Positions 12,930 through 26,750 of a stretch of DNA of 64,000 nucleotides are shown here, in pieces. Position 1 is the stretch's first letter. Each line of letters begins with the position of its first letter. This DNA is from Octopus vulgaris (lineage: Eukaryota). Both the position numbers and the translations under genes were made by a program. A model generated the notes under the pieces. It worked only from the letters and a program-made list of their open reading frames with translations, had not been told where the DNA came from and did not search any database. The stretch is taken from contig OX597824.1 in the NCBI GenBank assembly GCA_951406725.2, forward strand, positions 58,404,001 through 58,468,000. Reading direction: 5' to 3'.

Positions 12930-14440
12930 GCACACACACACAAACACACATATATATATACATGTATATGTATATGTACATACAGACGTATGTACACACA
13001 CACACGCACGCACATACACACACAAAGTTGGTATGTTGCAGAAATCAATCCCAAACGTTGGAACAGTTTTTTTTTACCAAATTTCTATTTTTGTCTTAAA
13101 GTATTCCTTTTCGTTGGTTTTTCTGTATGACTTGACGAAATGATTACCAAATGTGACCCGGTATGATGTGAGCTAATAAAACTAGCATTAACACTATAGA
13201 TTGCATTTCTAGGTAAACCTATCCGCCAACCAAGCCACACACAAACACACACATATACTATCAAATATGAAAGAATAGAATACGCACATATAGCTGCATG
13301 TTGCCGGAAGTTTGCACATGTGTGGGAAATCTTTATAACTAAACACAGACAGTACACATAGCAATAAATAGGGAAAGCTGTAAAGATGAAAATGTTTCCA
13401 CGAATTCTTTATGAATATTATTTGTTACACTTGGACGGTAGAATGTTAGAATGTTTTTAATTGATGGCCAATTTGGCGCAGAAATTCACTTCACAATCAT
13501 TGTTTGATCTTACTGCACGGTACCTTGGGAAAGTGTCTTCTGCTGTAATCTTGTGTTGACCAAATCCTTGTGAGTGGAAATCGGTAGAGGCAAAATGCGA
13601 GTATGACATTGAAGAGACTGATTCTGATTCATTGTGGTGAGAAGAGGCTAGGTTGACTTAATTGGTCGCTCGGGTAACTTAAGCGCAGTCTGGCCTTAGA
13701 TACCGTCCTCTTTCCTTTATACCTGTCTTTCAACCACAACAAAAAGCTATGGGTTATAAGCTGTCCCTAATCACTGAACCGTGTGGAAATACCTTTGTTT
13801 CTTATGTTATTTCAATTTTGTGGGGAAAAATTACCCTGTTTCACGTGACATTTCTTTCCTTAAGGGTTGTTACAATATGTTCCAGTGAATTAGAATGAAT
13901 GATGATGGTGACAAGTTAAATACAGAGATTAACCAATTGAGTTGATCAGTTGATTACGCGGGGTTGACTAGTCTAGTACATGAGTAGTACATGTGAGCAA
14001 TAAAGAAATAATCATTCACTAATGTTGGTATATTTAACTGTCCCACAAAATTGTTCTGTTGCAAATATGTTAGAAAACTACTAAGAAGGTAGTACGTCAC
14101 AATTCTGTGAACTAAATACTTTATATTGATTACTCACGTTATTTTATGTTTTATATTTAAATCAGGCCATATTCCAATTTAGCAATCATTCACATGATCA
14201 GTTTAATAAACCGAGCCTTAACCAAAAATTTGTAATCTCGCGCCAGTGTTACAAATTAATTCTGAATTGAGTGTAGTAGAGTGACGTGGTAGATGGCTCT
14301 CGGGATCTAGATCAGTATGAGCCCTTTGCTAAATTGATGCACGAAGAAATAGTTTCGTTATTCGTTATATCTATGAAATATATATACCTATCACAAAAAT
14401 TACAGATGCACATATATTCGCACATGTGTGTATGTATGCA

Positions 14441-14485
<45 letters not shown>

Positions 14486-15085
14486 CACACTCACACTCAC
14501 ACACACACATACACACACACATGCATTGTATATTATGTTTTCACCTCAATTGAAAAACAGCAAAAACATTAGCAATGATAACGAAAACAATTTAAAATAT
14601 GAAAATACAAACAAAAAAATAAAGAAAATTTGAAAAACACTAAGATGAAAAAATATAAAAGTAGAACATAACTAAACAGATTCGTGAATAAAAATAACAA
14701 TTTGTGAAGCGGGGGGAAACTTGATTACTGCAGACTGCTTTAAGTAAGCGTATATTCTTACGATGGAATGTCGAGTAATATAGAAATAAATAGACAAATT
14801 GATAGATAAATATAATTATAGAGAAATGAACAAGTAAAAAAAGAAATTAAGAAATGTTAATTCATTGCTATTGCACTGAGACGTGACACTTTAATATATG
14901 CATTATATCATAATTGCAGCGAGAGTTGCTTCTGCGTTTGCACATTACCTCGTCTCTCTGCTGGCAGACGTTTTCAGATGAATTCCATTTCAATATTTGT
15001 TTCATCATTTTTCTTGGTGTTGTTGTTCTTATGTATCTCTAATTACGTTCATGCATCATTTTTCATATATACATTATACATACAT

Positions 15086-15185
<100 letters not shown>

Positions 15186-15195
15186 CACACACGAC

Positions 15196-15336
15196 TTTCT
15201 GATCTAGACGTCTGTTAGTTTTGAGTTTCTCGACGTCTAGCCGTTTCCTCAGAAAAGAAAAACTGCTATTTTTCTATTCAGGAACCGCTAGACGTCAGAG
15301 AATGTCCAGAATAACAGACAAGTTGGTCAACAGAAA
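15196..15336. repeat. ~140 bp imperfect hairpin (MITE-like)
   Basis: GTCTGTTA...GACGTCTAGCCGTTTCCT..GAAAAGAAAAA pairs with TTTTTCTATTC AGGAACCGCTAGACGTC...TAACAGAC around a short loop. Confidence 0.7.
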
Positions 15337-15895
15337 TAAATTATTGTACAATACTATGGAATCCAATATCTTTTCTTCCGTTAATATAAGCACACATACA
15401 TATACAAGCACTCTCTCTCTCTCTCTCTCGTCTCTCTCTAAGAATATTTATATATGTATGTATAATTGTATATATAATTACATATAGATAGTTATATATA
15501 TGTGCATGTGATTGTCTAGGTGTATGCATGTATATTTGCATGCAAACATGCCATTGCGTATGTGGATTCCTGTTTTGTTTCATATATGTTTTTACATATA
15601 AATATGTTTGCGTGTCTTTGCTTCTACAAATCTGTACATGGCAACAAGTAAAAATATATGAAATGTTTTGTCAAAGTTCCATTGTTAGACCATTAATGGC
15701 TTGTAATTATTATATCTTAATTAGCCGTGTCGATGCCAATTTTTTATAATCGATGGTGAGGCAGTTATTTGCTTAGCAAAACACCCCGGAAATTACACAC
15801 AGACGCACACACACACACATGCATTTTCCTTATATATATTCTTTGATTCTTTTATTTGTTTCAGTAATTTGACTGCGACCACGCTGGAGCACCGC

Positions 15896-15948
<53 letters not shown>

Positions 15949-15949
<1 letters not shown>

Positions 15950-16385
15950 TAGCAGTATAGCCCGGCGTTGTTCGGGTTTGTTTTCTAGTTACGCTTAAAA
16001 CGGCAGACTTTGATGTCGCGTTAACAAAGTTTTGACATAGCTTCTATCTTTTTTGAAAAGTAAAAATTTTTCATTATGTAGCTTGTTATTCTCTTTAAGT
16101 GAACATTTTTCAGGTTGAAATACACCGAAAAATGGCGACACAGCAGTAAAAAAATCGTAAAAAATATGGATTTTCATAGAAAAAAAGCAACTTTTTGTTG
16201 TAAATAAGTTTTGGTCTTAACATGGTCCGACTGGAATTTTTTCGTCTACGGAATGAGGAGCAAGCCTTCGTCTGTCATACTCTCAATTTTGGTCAACTTG
16301 CACCGCAGGGTCTCGGAGGAGATAGTGTAAGTTGAAGGCTACACACACACACACACACACAACTTCAGCTTTATATGTATATATA
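15949..16385 (-). mobile_element. Non-autonomous Helitron (same terminus family as 954-1348)
   Basis: Plus strand CTAGCAGTATAGCCCGGCGTTGTTCGGG is the 3' CTAG plus hairpin on the minus strand; the other end (acacaacttcagctttatat) resembles the first copy; the interiors are largely different. Confidence 0.7.
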
Positions 16386-16518
16386 TATATACATTTAAGA
16401 ATAGGATAAAATCTTTGTAAGACTTTGTCAAATAATCAGCGTGAAAAACCTCATAAAGAAAACATTCATAATTATTCCCTTTAAATATATTTATTTATAT
16501 TAAGGGCTATACTACATG

Positions 16519-16559
<41 letters not shown>

Positions 16560-16879
16560 CAAGTGGAGAAAAAAATTAGTACTTTTTTCATGTCTGGCAT
16601 AGAGGTTTTCTTTTCTTTTATTCTTCCATTAACAGCTTAACAACCTCCCAACATGTGCTTTGCTGAACAACCGGTCCTCACAACCGTGCTCACTTCCCGT
16701 TCTCTCTCTCATATCATCAACATTTGATTTGTTATGTCTAAATTTGTTTAGAGATCTTGACGGGAATATTTCCTGAGTATTTCTCCATCTTTTGAGAGCC
16801 TATGTACGATCGTATAGTATTATTTTTACAATTTCTTTCAAAGGATTTTATTGTCCAATGTTTTGGCTAAATGGTTAAA

Positions 16880-17075
16880 CATTGGCGTAAGCTAAGGAAG
16901 TATGAGGGGAGAAGGAAAGTCGGTTACATCGGCACCAGTCCTCGACTGGTGGATATTTATTGACTTTGAAAGGGTCGCCTCTGACTGGCATTTAGAGTCA
17001 GAACGTAAAGATGGGTGAAATGCTGCTAAGCCTTTTGTCCGTTATGCTAAAGACTCTGCCAGGTGACCGCCTTAT
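16880..17075 (-). mobile_element. Diverged tRNA SINE (4433 family)
   Basis: cagaacgtaaag...gaaatgctgctaag...tctgccag...ccgcctta. Confidence 0.65.
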
Positions 17076-18030
17076 ATCATGGTTAAATATTAAAATGATA
17101 TTTTCAAACAGCTACTTATATCTTCAGTATTAATTCGTCCACATAGTCCACAACCCGTGATACATCTAGGTAATTTGTCTTCATAGCTATCCATTTTGCG
17201 CGTCAGGTATATTGTTGCTATTTTCTGCTCCTAAATTATAAAAATATGCTATCGAAACTGAGGGTTAATAATATTGTTGATAAAAGATAGAACACTTTGG
17301 ATATTTCTCTTATTGTCACTCATTTATCAATATTATGTATATTATTATCTATATTAATTTGGTTATTTATTAGTATTAGATCCCTTTGTTATCTTTATTA
17401 TCTATATTATAATCTGTGTCATTATCTGGTAATCTCTGATATTCTCACTTTGAAACCTTTAATAACAAAGCGATGAATGGTTTCCTAATGATAAGCAGAA
17501 AACATTTTTTTTTAATATTTTTCTGATGCTCCGGGAAATCCCGAGAAACTTTAGCCACCAAATTCCAGGAGTAACATATAAATTTACATCTACAAATATT
17601 TGTGATGGTATGTAAGTATGCATATATGTATGTGTGTGTGCACGCGCACACATGTTCACATAATTCATAATTGAAATGCATACGTCACTGACCTTTTTCT
17701 CTTGAACGCTACTTTTTGACTGTCATAAATCTAATATATCCAACATGTTCTGCTCCAAATTGAGAGTTAACTTACTCGTTCATTTATCATCGAAACTAAT
17801 TTGGTTTCAAGGTTAAATGGGTTTTATTTGGGTATCTTTACGTTGCTTAGTTTTTCAATCATTTTCCATGTTTCCATAAAGATATGAACAGAGTTCTACG
17901 GTTTAATGGCAGTGTCATGACATTTATGGAACTAACAACATGTCCCGCCTTCGTCACAATCACCTCCCAATAGGCACAGAAAAAAATGTCCGAATATTGG
18001 AATAAATATTCTGCTGTGCCATCTTTATCC

Positions 18031-18087
<57 letters not shown>

Positions 18088-18091
<4 letters not shown>

Positions 18092-18590
18092 GCATAGCTG
18101 TGGCTGCGTGGTAAGGAGTTTGCTTTCCAACCATATGGTTCCGGGTTCAGTCTCACTGTGCGGCATCTTGGGCAAGTGTCTTCTCCTATGGTCTCAAATT
18201 GACATTTTGAGTGGATTTGGTAGATGGCTTCTGGAAGAAGTCTTTCGTGCATGTGTGTGCGTGTCTCTCTGTCTGCGTTTATCTTTGTGTGTCTATGTGT
18301 ATCTTTGTGTCTGTGTTTTGTCCCTCACCACCGCTTGACAACCGGCGTTGGTATGTTTATATCCCTGTAACATAGTGGTTCCGCAAAAGACTCCGATAAA
18401 AGAAGTAGCGGGTTTTAAAAAATAAATACTGGGGCAGATCTGTTTCACGAAAACTTCTAATGGCTGAAACAAGTAGTTATTCGGTTTCTTGCGTCGGAGT
18501 AAACTATAGCAAATGTTTTCTTTGAAGTAGAGCACCCTGGCATGGTTACAATCTGATTACTGACGGCAGTAATAGAGCAAGAAAAAAGAA
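18088..18590 (+). mobile_element. CORE-type tRNA SINE
   Basis: tRNA-like head, CORE-like cttgggcaagtgtc segment and the family's 3' part. Confidence 0.75.
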
Positions 18591-19329
18591 CATAGAACAT
18601 CTTTCAAGAAATAGCAGCCGAGTAGCACTCGAATATATTGGATAAGGTAGTCCTAGATTAACGATGGCCGTTGGAATATCCTCGTTTTGGATCTTCTGAT
18701 TGAACATACCTGTGAAAGTAAAGAGAAAAATTAAACGTGGCTAATTTGGCTGTGAGATTACGTGTTAAATGTCACTGCTATGGATACATTATAGATGCCA
18801 ATATACGGATATGGACCGCTGAGCCCTGGGCTACAATGATTGTGGGACGAGACTCAGTCCTCTCGGCCACCTGCAGCCATCGTTCATTTTATTTCCTCAC
18901 ATTTATGTGTTCAAAGCTCCTGGGAAACGCCGACATTTCCTAAATGGCCACGTTTTAGATTTGCTCACACACGCACACGCGCACACACGCACACACACAC
19001 ACACACACATAGACACACATGCATACACACACACACAAATACAAGCACACATGCCTACGCACAGTCACACACCAGCATACACACTCACTCAAACACATGC
19101 ACACCCTTACGCACTTACAGAACGCAAACATACACACACAAGCACGCAGACATACACATACAGTAAGCATGTCATTAAAATGACGAAGTAGGTCTCTTTT
19201 AGAGAATTTTCGTCCCACTTCACTTAGGCTTCGAGTCTTTAAACTCCACTAATAATATGAGAACATTTTTAGTTCCGAAAACATTTCATTTTCGCAGTAA
19301 TTTCCTCGTTGTATGGCGTTCCTTCCTTC

Positions 19330-19860
19330 TTTTCTATCGTGGTGGTAGGGGTAGTAGCGACGGTTGGGTGGGGGTGTGAAATCGGTAGTGATGGTAGTGG
19401 GAGTGGAGGTTTGTGAAGATGGGGTTGGAGGAAGATTGTGATGATGGTCGTAGTGGTGATGGTGGTGGTGGTGATGAATTATGGTGTAGATGGCTTTGAT
19501 CACGACTGCGCAGACGACAATGGTGGTGTTAGTGGTGGTGGTGATGATGATGATGATGATGATGGTGATGAAACTTGTGGTTCCGAAGAACTATGGTGAA
19601 AGCTGAAGTAATGATGATGATGTTGTTGTTCTTCCTCTTAGTAGTGGTGGTGGTGTTGGAAATGGCGGCGGTGGTGGTGGGGCAACAACGGTAGTACTGG
19701 TTTTGCCACTCGTAATGACGATGGCGTACAGCGGAGAGAGTGTTAATCACGGTGAATGGCATTGATGACGGTAGTGACGGTGTCTGTGGTATTGTTGGTG
19801 GTAGACGTAGGGTATTGTGGGTGATGCTGGTGGTGAATGACACTAGTATAAGGAGGGGGG
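19330..19860. repeat. Degenerate (GGT/GAT)n low-complexity tract
   Basis: Direct inspection. Confidence 0.8.
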
Positions 19861-20140
19861 GAAGTAAAATTAAATAAACATTCTTTTGCTTATGTTTTAC
19901 ATATCAATTTTGTGTTCCTCTCCTAATAATTCTTTCTTTTCTGTTAGATTTGCGATTTACTTTGTTTATTATGTTTGTTTGTTGTTTTTGTTTTTCCAGA
20001 TTGTAGCTTGGGTAAGAGAAGGAGCAAGAGAGAGAGGACGAGGAGGATGCGGTTTGTTTGTTTCGTTTCTTTCTTTGTTTCACTCGTTAGTAAACCAGGT
20101 GTTCTTTCTCCTTCTTTTAGTATACATACATACATTCATG

Positions 20141-20201
<61 letters not shown>

Positions 20202-20351
20202 ATATTCATACATACATTCATGTATGCATATGTGTGTGTATGTAGATATGCGTGTGTGTGTGTGTCCATATACACACCCAGATGTATACACATATGCGTA
20301 CATGCATGCTTATACTTACGTACATATATATATATATATATATATGTATAT

Positions 20352-20519
20352 AGACGTAGGAGTGGCTGTGTGGTAAGTAGCTTGCTTACCAACTACATGG
20401 TTCCGGGTTTCGTCCCACAGCGTGGCTACCTGGGCAAGTGTCTTCTACTTTAGCACCGGGCCGACGAAAGCCTTGTGAGAGGACTTGGTAGACGGAAACC
20501 TAAAGAAGCCCGTCGTATG

Positions 20520-20583
<64 letters not shown>

Positions 20584-20782
20584 TGTGTCTGTGTTTGTTC
20601 CTCCCACCATCGCTTGAAAACCGATGCTGGTGTGTTTACGTCCCCGTAACTTAACGGTCCGGCAAAACGACCGCTAGAATAAGTACTAGGATTACAAAGT
20701 ACAAGTCCTGGGGTCGATTTGTTCGACTAAGGGCGGTGCTCCAGCATGAATGCAGTCAAATGACTGAAGCAAATAAAAGAAT
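20352..20782 (+). mobile_element. Full-length CORE-type tRNA SINE (similar to octopus OR-type SINEs, from memory)
   Basis: A-box-like TGGCTGTGTGG, B-box-like GGTTTCGTCCC, CORE-like cctgggcaagtgtc, internal (TG)n, 3' ...cagtcaaatgactgaagcaaataaaaga; many related copies in the window. Confidence 0.85.
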
Positions 20783-21407
20783 ATATGAACTTACATAAAC
20801 ATACATACATATGTGTATGTATGTGGGTATTATATGGTTACTCACACATATATAAGAGAACTCAATAGCACAATAGGGCGTAAAGAAAACTTACGATAAA
20901 GTTAAGAGTTCTAAGTTTGTTGCAAAATAAAAAGTGGATTTGACTGTAACAGGGAATTTGCATATCATGTGCTGTTAATGTAGCATGGTACGTATGTAAG
21001 TTGATGTGACTGTAACAAGGTCTGTCAGTAACACGGTATGATTGTAACGTGGTATAACATACTGTGACTGTAGCACGATATGTGTATGCAACATGATAGC
21101 TCTTTAACATTGAATAGCTGTAACAAACCATGGTTGTAACACGGTGCAAAACAATGGTAGACGGAAGTTGAAAATAAAACAAATCAATGGAAATAAAAAA
21201 GGAAAAGCGAAAAAAAATTAATAGATAAAAGAAACAAAAAGAAAGTCAAAAGAATTGTAATGACAAATCTTTGCTTAAAATGTTAAATGGTTTAGGGAAA
21301 TGTAGAAATGTTGGCATTTTGGTTTTGGCGCAGCTGGTCATTCTAAAATGTATAGTACTGCGACAACTGATAGTGAAAGAGAGAGAGAAAAGGCGAGCGG
21401 GTGGAAG

Positions 21408-21474
<67 letters not shown>

Positions 21475-22165
21475 GACAGAGACAGAGATAGGGAAAATGT
21501 GGAGTACAAATGGAAAAGCAAAAACGAAGGAAGATCAGAACAAAGCCACCAAAGAAATAATAATAAGAGAAATTATATGAAGAAAATAGTAGCAAGAGGA
21601 GAGAGAAAGACAAAGAGAAAGAGTGAGAGAGAGAGAGAGAAAGAAAGAAAGAGATTGGGTGGCGGTGAGAGGATAAAAATGTAAAGCAATTAAGGAAGGA
21701 AAATAGAAAGAGAAGAATATAGAAGGATAGAAAGTAGCGAGTAGAGTAAGAAAATTTTACTGAAAGGAATGAAGAGGTGGAAGTTAGGAAGGAAAAATAT
21801 ACAAGGAATAAGAAGGAAATACAGAAACAGAGTAAATAAGATTAGCGTGATATGTATATGATTCTCAGATAAATTCGTTCGTTTCTTTCTAATGATATAA
21901 TGAATTAACATGAAAAATATTTTTATTATATAAATAGGTTATGACCAATTCAGATATGCTTGGGGCATATTCGAACCCCTAAGAAGACCATTCAGTGTGG
22001 TTTGTCAAGGAGAACATTTTTCGCTGAAGACAAATGATGTACATACACCAAAATCATCTCGCAGCATCACCTACTCGGACTGAGATGGCAAGCTTTCGCA
22101 GTGTATGCTTTATTGTAAATTTCTTTGTTCTTCTTTTATAACTTTCGTTTATCGTTTTTGAGTGA

Positions 22166-22483
22166 AGGCGCATGGCTTAGTGGTTAGGGTATTCGGCTCA
22201 CGGCCTGACGGTCGTGAGTTCAATTCCTGGTGACTTGTGTCCTTGAGCAAGATACTTTATTTCGCGTTGTTCCAGTTCACTCAGCTGGCAAAAATGAGTA
22301 GTACCGGTATTTCAAAAGACCAGCTTTGTTACACTCTGTGTTACACTGAATCTCCTTGAGAACTACGTTAAAGGTACACATGTCTGTGGAGTGCTTAGCT
22401 ACTTACACATCAATTTCACGAGTGGGCTGTTCCGTTGATCGGATCAACTGGAACCCTCGTCGTCGTAACCGACGGAGTGCCAG
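22166..22483 (+). mobile_element. tRNA-derived SINE, third family
   Basis: A box TGGCTTAGTGG, B box GAGTTCAATTCC, then tgtgtccttgagcaag...cactcagctg..aaaatgagta central domain. Confidence 0.8.
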
Positions 22484-23014
22484 TTATCATTTTTGAAATA
22501 GGACGATAGAGTGCCAAGTAGAAAAATAGGGGTCCAAAGCTGTCAAAACCATTTGTGCTGTGTTGTTAAAAACAAAAACAAAACAAAACAAAAACAAACA
22601 AAATAAAACAATAAAACACGGAAATGGTGATTTTCACGCTTCAAGGAAAAAAAAAGCTTATAACGAATACCAGCAGAATCTAACCTCAAATCACTCCTAG
22701 CTGTCTTAAATAAAACGCTTAATTTATTGTGTAGAAATGATATCACTTATTAATCTGTGGGCGCTGTAACTTTCTTTCCTAAAAGATTTCCTTTCGTTAA
22801 TTAATTATTATTGAGACTTCAGATATATAATCAATAACATTACATTTATCTTCTCGGTTGCTACAGTTGCTGTTATTGCTATGTGTATATGCGTGTATGT
22901 ATCTATACACGAGAACGCAGCAGGTATCTCTATATGAGGACCCAACAGATCATGTATGCTACTCATTCCCTAATTTAAGTTTGAGTAAATGTATTTTCAC
23001 AGTATATTTAAATA

Positions 23015-23235
23015 ATGATAATGGTTTCAAATTTTGGTACAATGCCAGCGTTTTTTGAGGGGAGGGGCTAGTCGATTACAATGACCCCAGTGTTCAACTG
23101 ATACTTATTTTATCGATTCCAAAAGGATGAAAGGCAAAGTCCACCTCGGCGGAATTTGAACTTAGAGCGTAAAGACGGATGAAATGCCACTAAGCATATT
23201 GTCCGGAGTTCCAATGATTCTGCGGACTCGCCGAA
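23015..23235 (-). mobile_element. tRNA SINE (4433 family)
   Basis: Same sequence as the 4433-5080 copies; TAA/TGA repeats on the flanks. Confidence 0.8.
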
Positions 23236-23779
23236 TAAAAATGATGATAATGATGATAATACTAATAATAATATTGATATCAGGAAGCAATGTTGGACCT
23301 TGAAGACGTAACAACCACACACAAACACACACACACACTCCACATCCAAGCATACATACATACATGCGCAAAAAGAAACAACACAGAAATAACGAATTTT
23401 TTTATGAAATTCAAAATTAAATATACATACATTTCTCATGCATAAAGTCAGTCCAAGCAATTTTTTAATGTGGCATTGCATCACTCAGTCAACACTTGCT
23501 CAACGGTAAAGAAAGAAATGAGTGCAATTTATGCATATTTCAAAAGTGAGAGCAGTAACTTCTTGAGAGCTGAAGAAGAATTACTGAACCGGTATTATGA
23601 GAATAAATTGTCTCAAATTACCTAAAGGAAGTTTGCCTGGCTAACCTAAATAGAAGATTGGAGAATTAGCCATCATACCAGCAAAAAAAAAAGAAAAAGA
23701 AAAAAAAAATGCATGGGTGCATATCCCGTAAGCTAGAGGATAATAGGTGTAGCATCTTCTGTACCTGTGATAGAACCAT

Positions 23780-24260
23780 TACATCACACTTAGAAGGAAG
23801 TATACATCTTTGCTATCCAGGAAAAAGAGATAGCTGCTAAATACCAAAACAAGTGAGACAAAGATACCACGAAACCTCTACGCTGTGATAGGAAATGTCG
23901 TGCTATATCAGTGTGGAAGATATCACAAATATAATCAGCAGCTGCCCCCAAATGTCCCACGAGATACAACCTACCCCTAAAGCAAGACATAATTGTAAAG
24001 AGTATCCGCAGGAAGGATTGCCCTGACCTATACATCAAAGGTAAGAACTAGCATATATTCTCACCTTTAAAAAGAAAGAATACTAGTTGAACACTCCAAC
24101 AAAAGCAGCAATTCGGTGCAAACGTAACAGACCTGATATTGCTCTGTGGAATAGGGAACAAAATTTATGCTCTGTTGTAGAGGATGTGAATGTACCATCA
24201 AAAGTCCAGACAAGACAGAACATTTATATATGCTTTTAACAGGAAATCTTTTTACCAGAC
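23780..24260 (+). mobile_element. Degenerate RLE non-LTR retrotransposon, 3' fragment
   Basis: Frame RCKRNRPDIALWNREQNLCSVVE (RLE PD..E motif), related to the 41100 fragment. Confidence 0.55.
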
Positions 24261-24927
24261 AAATATCTGAAAATCCATAAATATCCTACGACCCTATGTA
24301 ATAATTTATGCTACAATTGATAAGTTTCCATGTGCTATTCAGTCTCCTTCATAACACACGCTGAGTAAGTGTCATGAAGGATACTCTGTAAATACTTACG
24401 TAAATTGAAATATGATTTGCTCAATTCATGCTTTATTTGTCATTGCATTTATATATATATATTGTAATGTTATATATGTACGGATGCATGTACACACACA
24501 CACACACAGTTAAAAGTTTAAAAATTCAAAGGAAACGAGAATACATACATAGAATTTCTATTTTTAATTATAGTCGGTCAAATTAATTTTACTGAATTAT
24601 TAATTAAGCGTCTTATTAATAAATTTTACTATAATTCAAAATTGATTATTCTATGTATGTATTTTCTGTTTCTTTTGAATTTTTAAACTTTTGATTATTT
24701 CTCCAATATCGAAAATGATGGAACTCTCCATAGCAGCAAGTGGAATTTCAAAGGTGTAAAGCATCAATATGGGAGAACCAACGATAAACACAAGTACATA
24801 TACACAGGAAAAATTTCCAGTATCGTTAATCGATAATAGTGCAAAACTGGTGTATACTTGGATAATATATCCCTAAGAAAGAACAACTTTCTATACAGAT
24901 ATATACATACATACATACATACATACA

Positions 24928-24960
<33 letters not shown>

Positions 24961-24972
24961 GCATACATACAT

Positions 24973-25049
<77 letters not shown>

Positions 25050-25749
25050 ACACACACACATACATGCGTACACATATATTGCATTACAATCGGAGTAGTT
25101 CAATGTGTATGATTTCAAAAGAAATTTGTGGGTGGTTATATAAAATAATTTGAAGGAAATTTCACTTGAAGAAATAAAACAAAGTATATATATATGAAAA
25201 TATATACATATTCTATATATTTTCATGGTGCAATTTTGAAGCTTTTATTTCTATTACTCTTATGAATAATTTCTGTTTTATTCCTTTTCTGGTTTATTAC
25301 TTTTATTCCCATTACTATTATAAATAATTTCTGAATTTCATATTTTAATTTTTATTCCGATAGCTGAGGATATGTTAACGCCATGATTTAAGGAAACTGG
25401 GATTTTACGACGTTTGGTCCAGACTCTGTACATTCTGGTTCAAATCTGTGACATAAGAATATAAGAAAGCAGTGAATCTTTCTTGCATTCTGTATGCCTG
25501 TTGATGACAGCTAGGATTGTATATATAATTTGTCTACACATTTACGTTAGAAATATGGATGCAAGTCTAGGTAAATATATAAACATTTTTTTATTTATTT
25601 TAATCTATACACGTTGTGTATGCTTTCACATGCCTTAGCCCTGGCATGGTATACAGTTGTCTTCTTATTCAAAAACAAAGTAAACATTGGGCATTATCTA
25701 CTTTTGCTATTTAAATGCTCATAAATTGTCATTCATTAGCATATATAGG

Positions 25750-26750
25750 CAGCACATAAGTAATTGTTCCTATAATATTCTCATTGATTCGACACACACT
25801 TGAAGCTTCACCTAGAAATTCTACATCGAATGTCACATCATGTCTTGAGCTATTTCTAATGAATAACAGCCTTCAGTTCATCTGATGTAATGGTTTATTG
25901 AAAAACACCTTCTCTTTCAGTATTTCCAAAAGGAATATTAACAAACTGAAAGGTCACGGTCAGGTAATAGGGCAGAGTATAGCGCAGCACTCCTGGAAAT
26001 TGATATGGGTAGTAAACAACCCTTTATTAATGTACTTAGCAGGTCTTGTCGTATCGGCTGTGTATCCCTTATGTAGAAATCACACCTTTCGTAAATTAAT
26101 TTCCCGTCAGTTGAATTCTGGAAAAAGAAAACTGCATAATAAAAACACTTAATTCTCAGAATCCATTCTTACTGTATATTCGCTCATTTCAAGGAAATAT
26201 GGTTTTATTACACCATAGTTTATCACACAACACCACGTTCTTACATGATCAAGAAGTTGTCGTGGGCTAATGTTCAATCAATAGCAGGAATGTTGGTTAT
26301 TTATGCAACCAAACATTTCAAGATGTCTTTCGTCACTCATCGAAAAGTCTATATCATCTGAACAATTTACGAGAATGTTTTTAATTTGAAAACGTATCAA
26401 TTTCTTTTCTTATGCAGACATAATTTTATAGGATGGAAATTTCAATCATAGCCACATATCTTTCACGTGCTACTATCTGGAACAATTTGTGCGGAAGGAC
26501 ATGCTCCGATACAGACACATATCGACTGTTCGCTACAGTTCACTAATTTCCATAGTATTCTTTGCTGTTTGGTTCCCACTTAATAGTTTTTTTTCAATCA
26601 ATCTGAACATTTCTACGAAGAATGTCGTAATAATATTTAGAGTGTACCGTCATGATAATTTTCCGTAGCAGCCCATATGAAAAGGCAAATAAATATTTCG
26701 TTGTATTTATGTTACCGAGTCCACCTCTTAGAAAAGCTAAATTTATTTAG
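25750..26750 (-). mobile_element. Highly decayed Tc1/mariner-superfamily transposase
   Basis: Minus-strand remnants MSDERHLEMFGCINNQHSCY (SDE..F...G.VN.QN.RYW type) and DLSVC*YSFWKY..KVF.NKP..DELK (DL...D.FLWG.LK..V type). Confidence 0.5.

Noticed and set aside
22166-22235. tRNA gene
   Set aside because: A and B boxes are present, but there is no complete cloverleaf and it continues into a SINE body.
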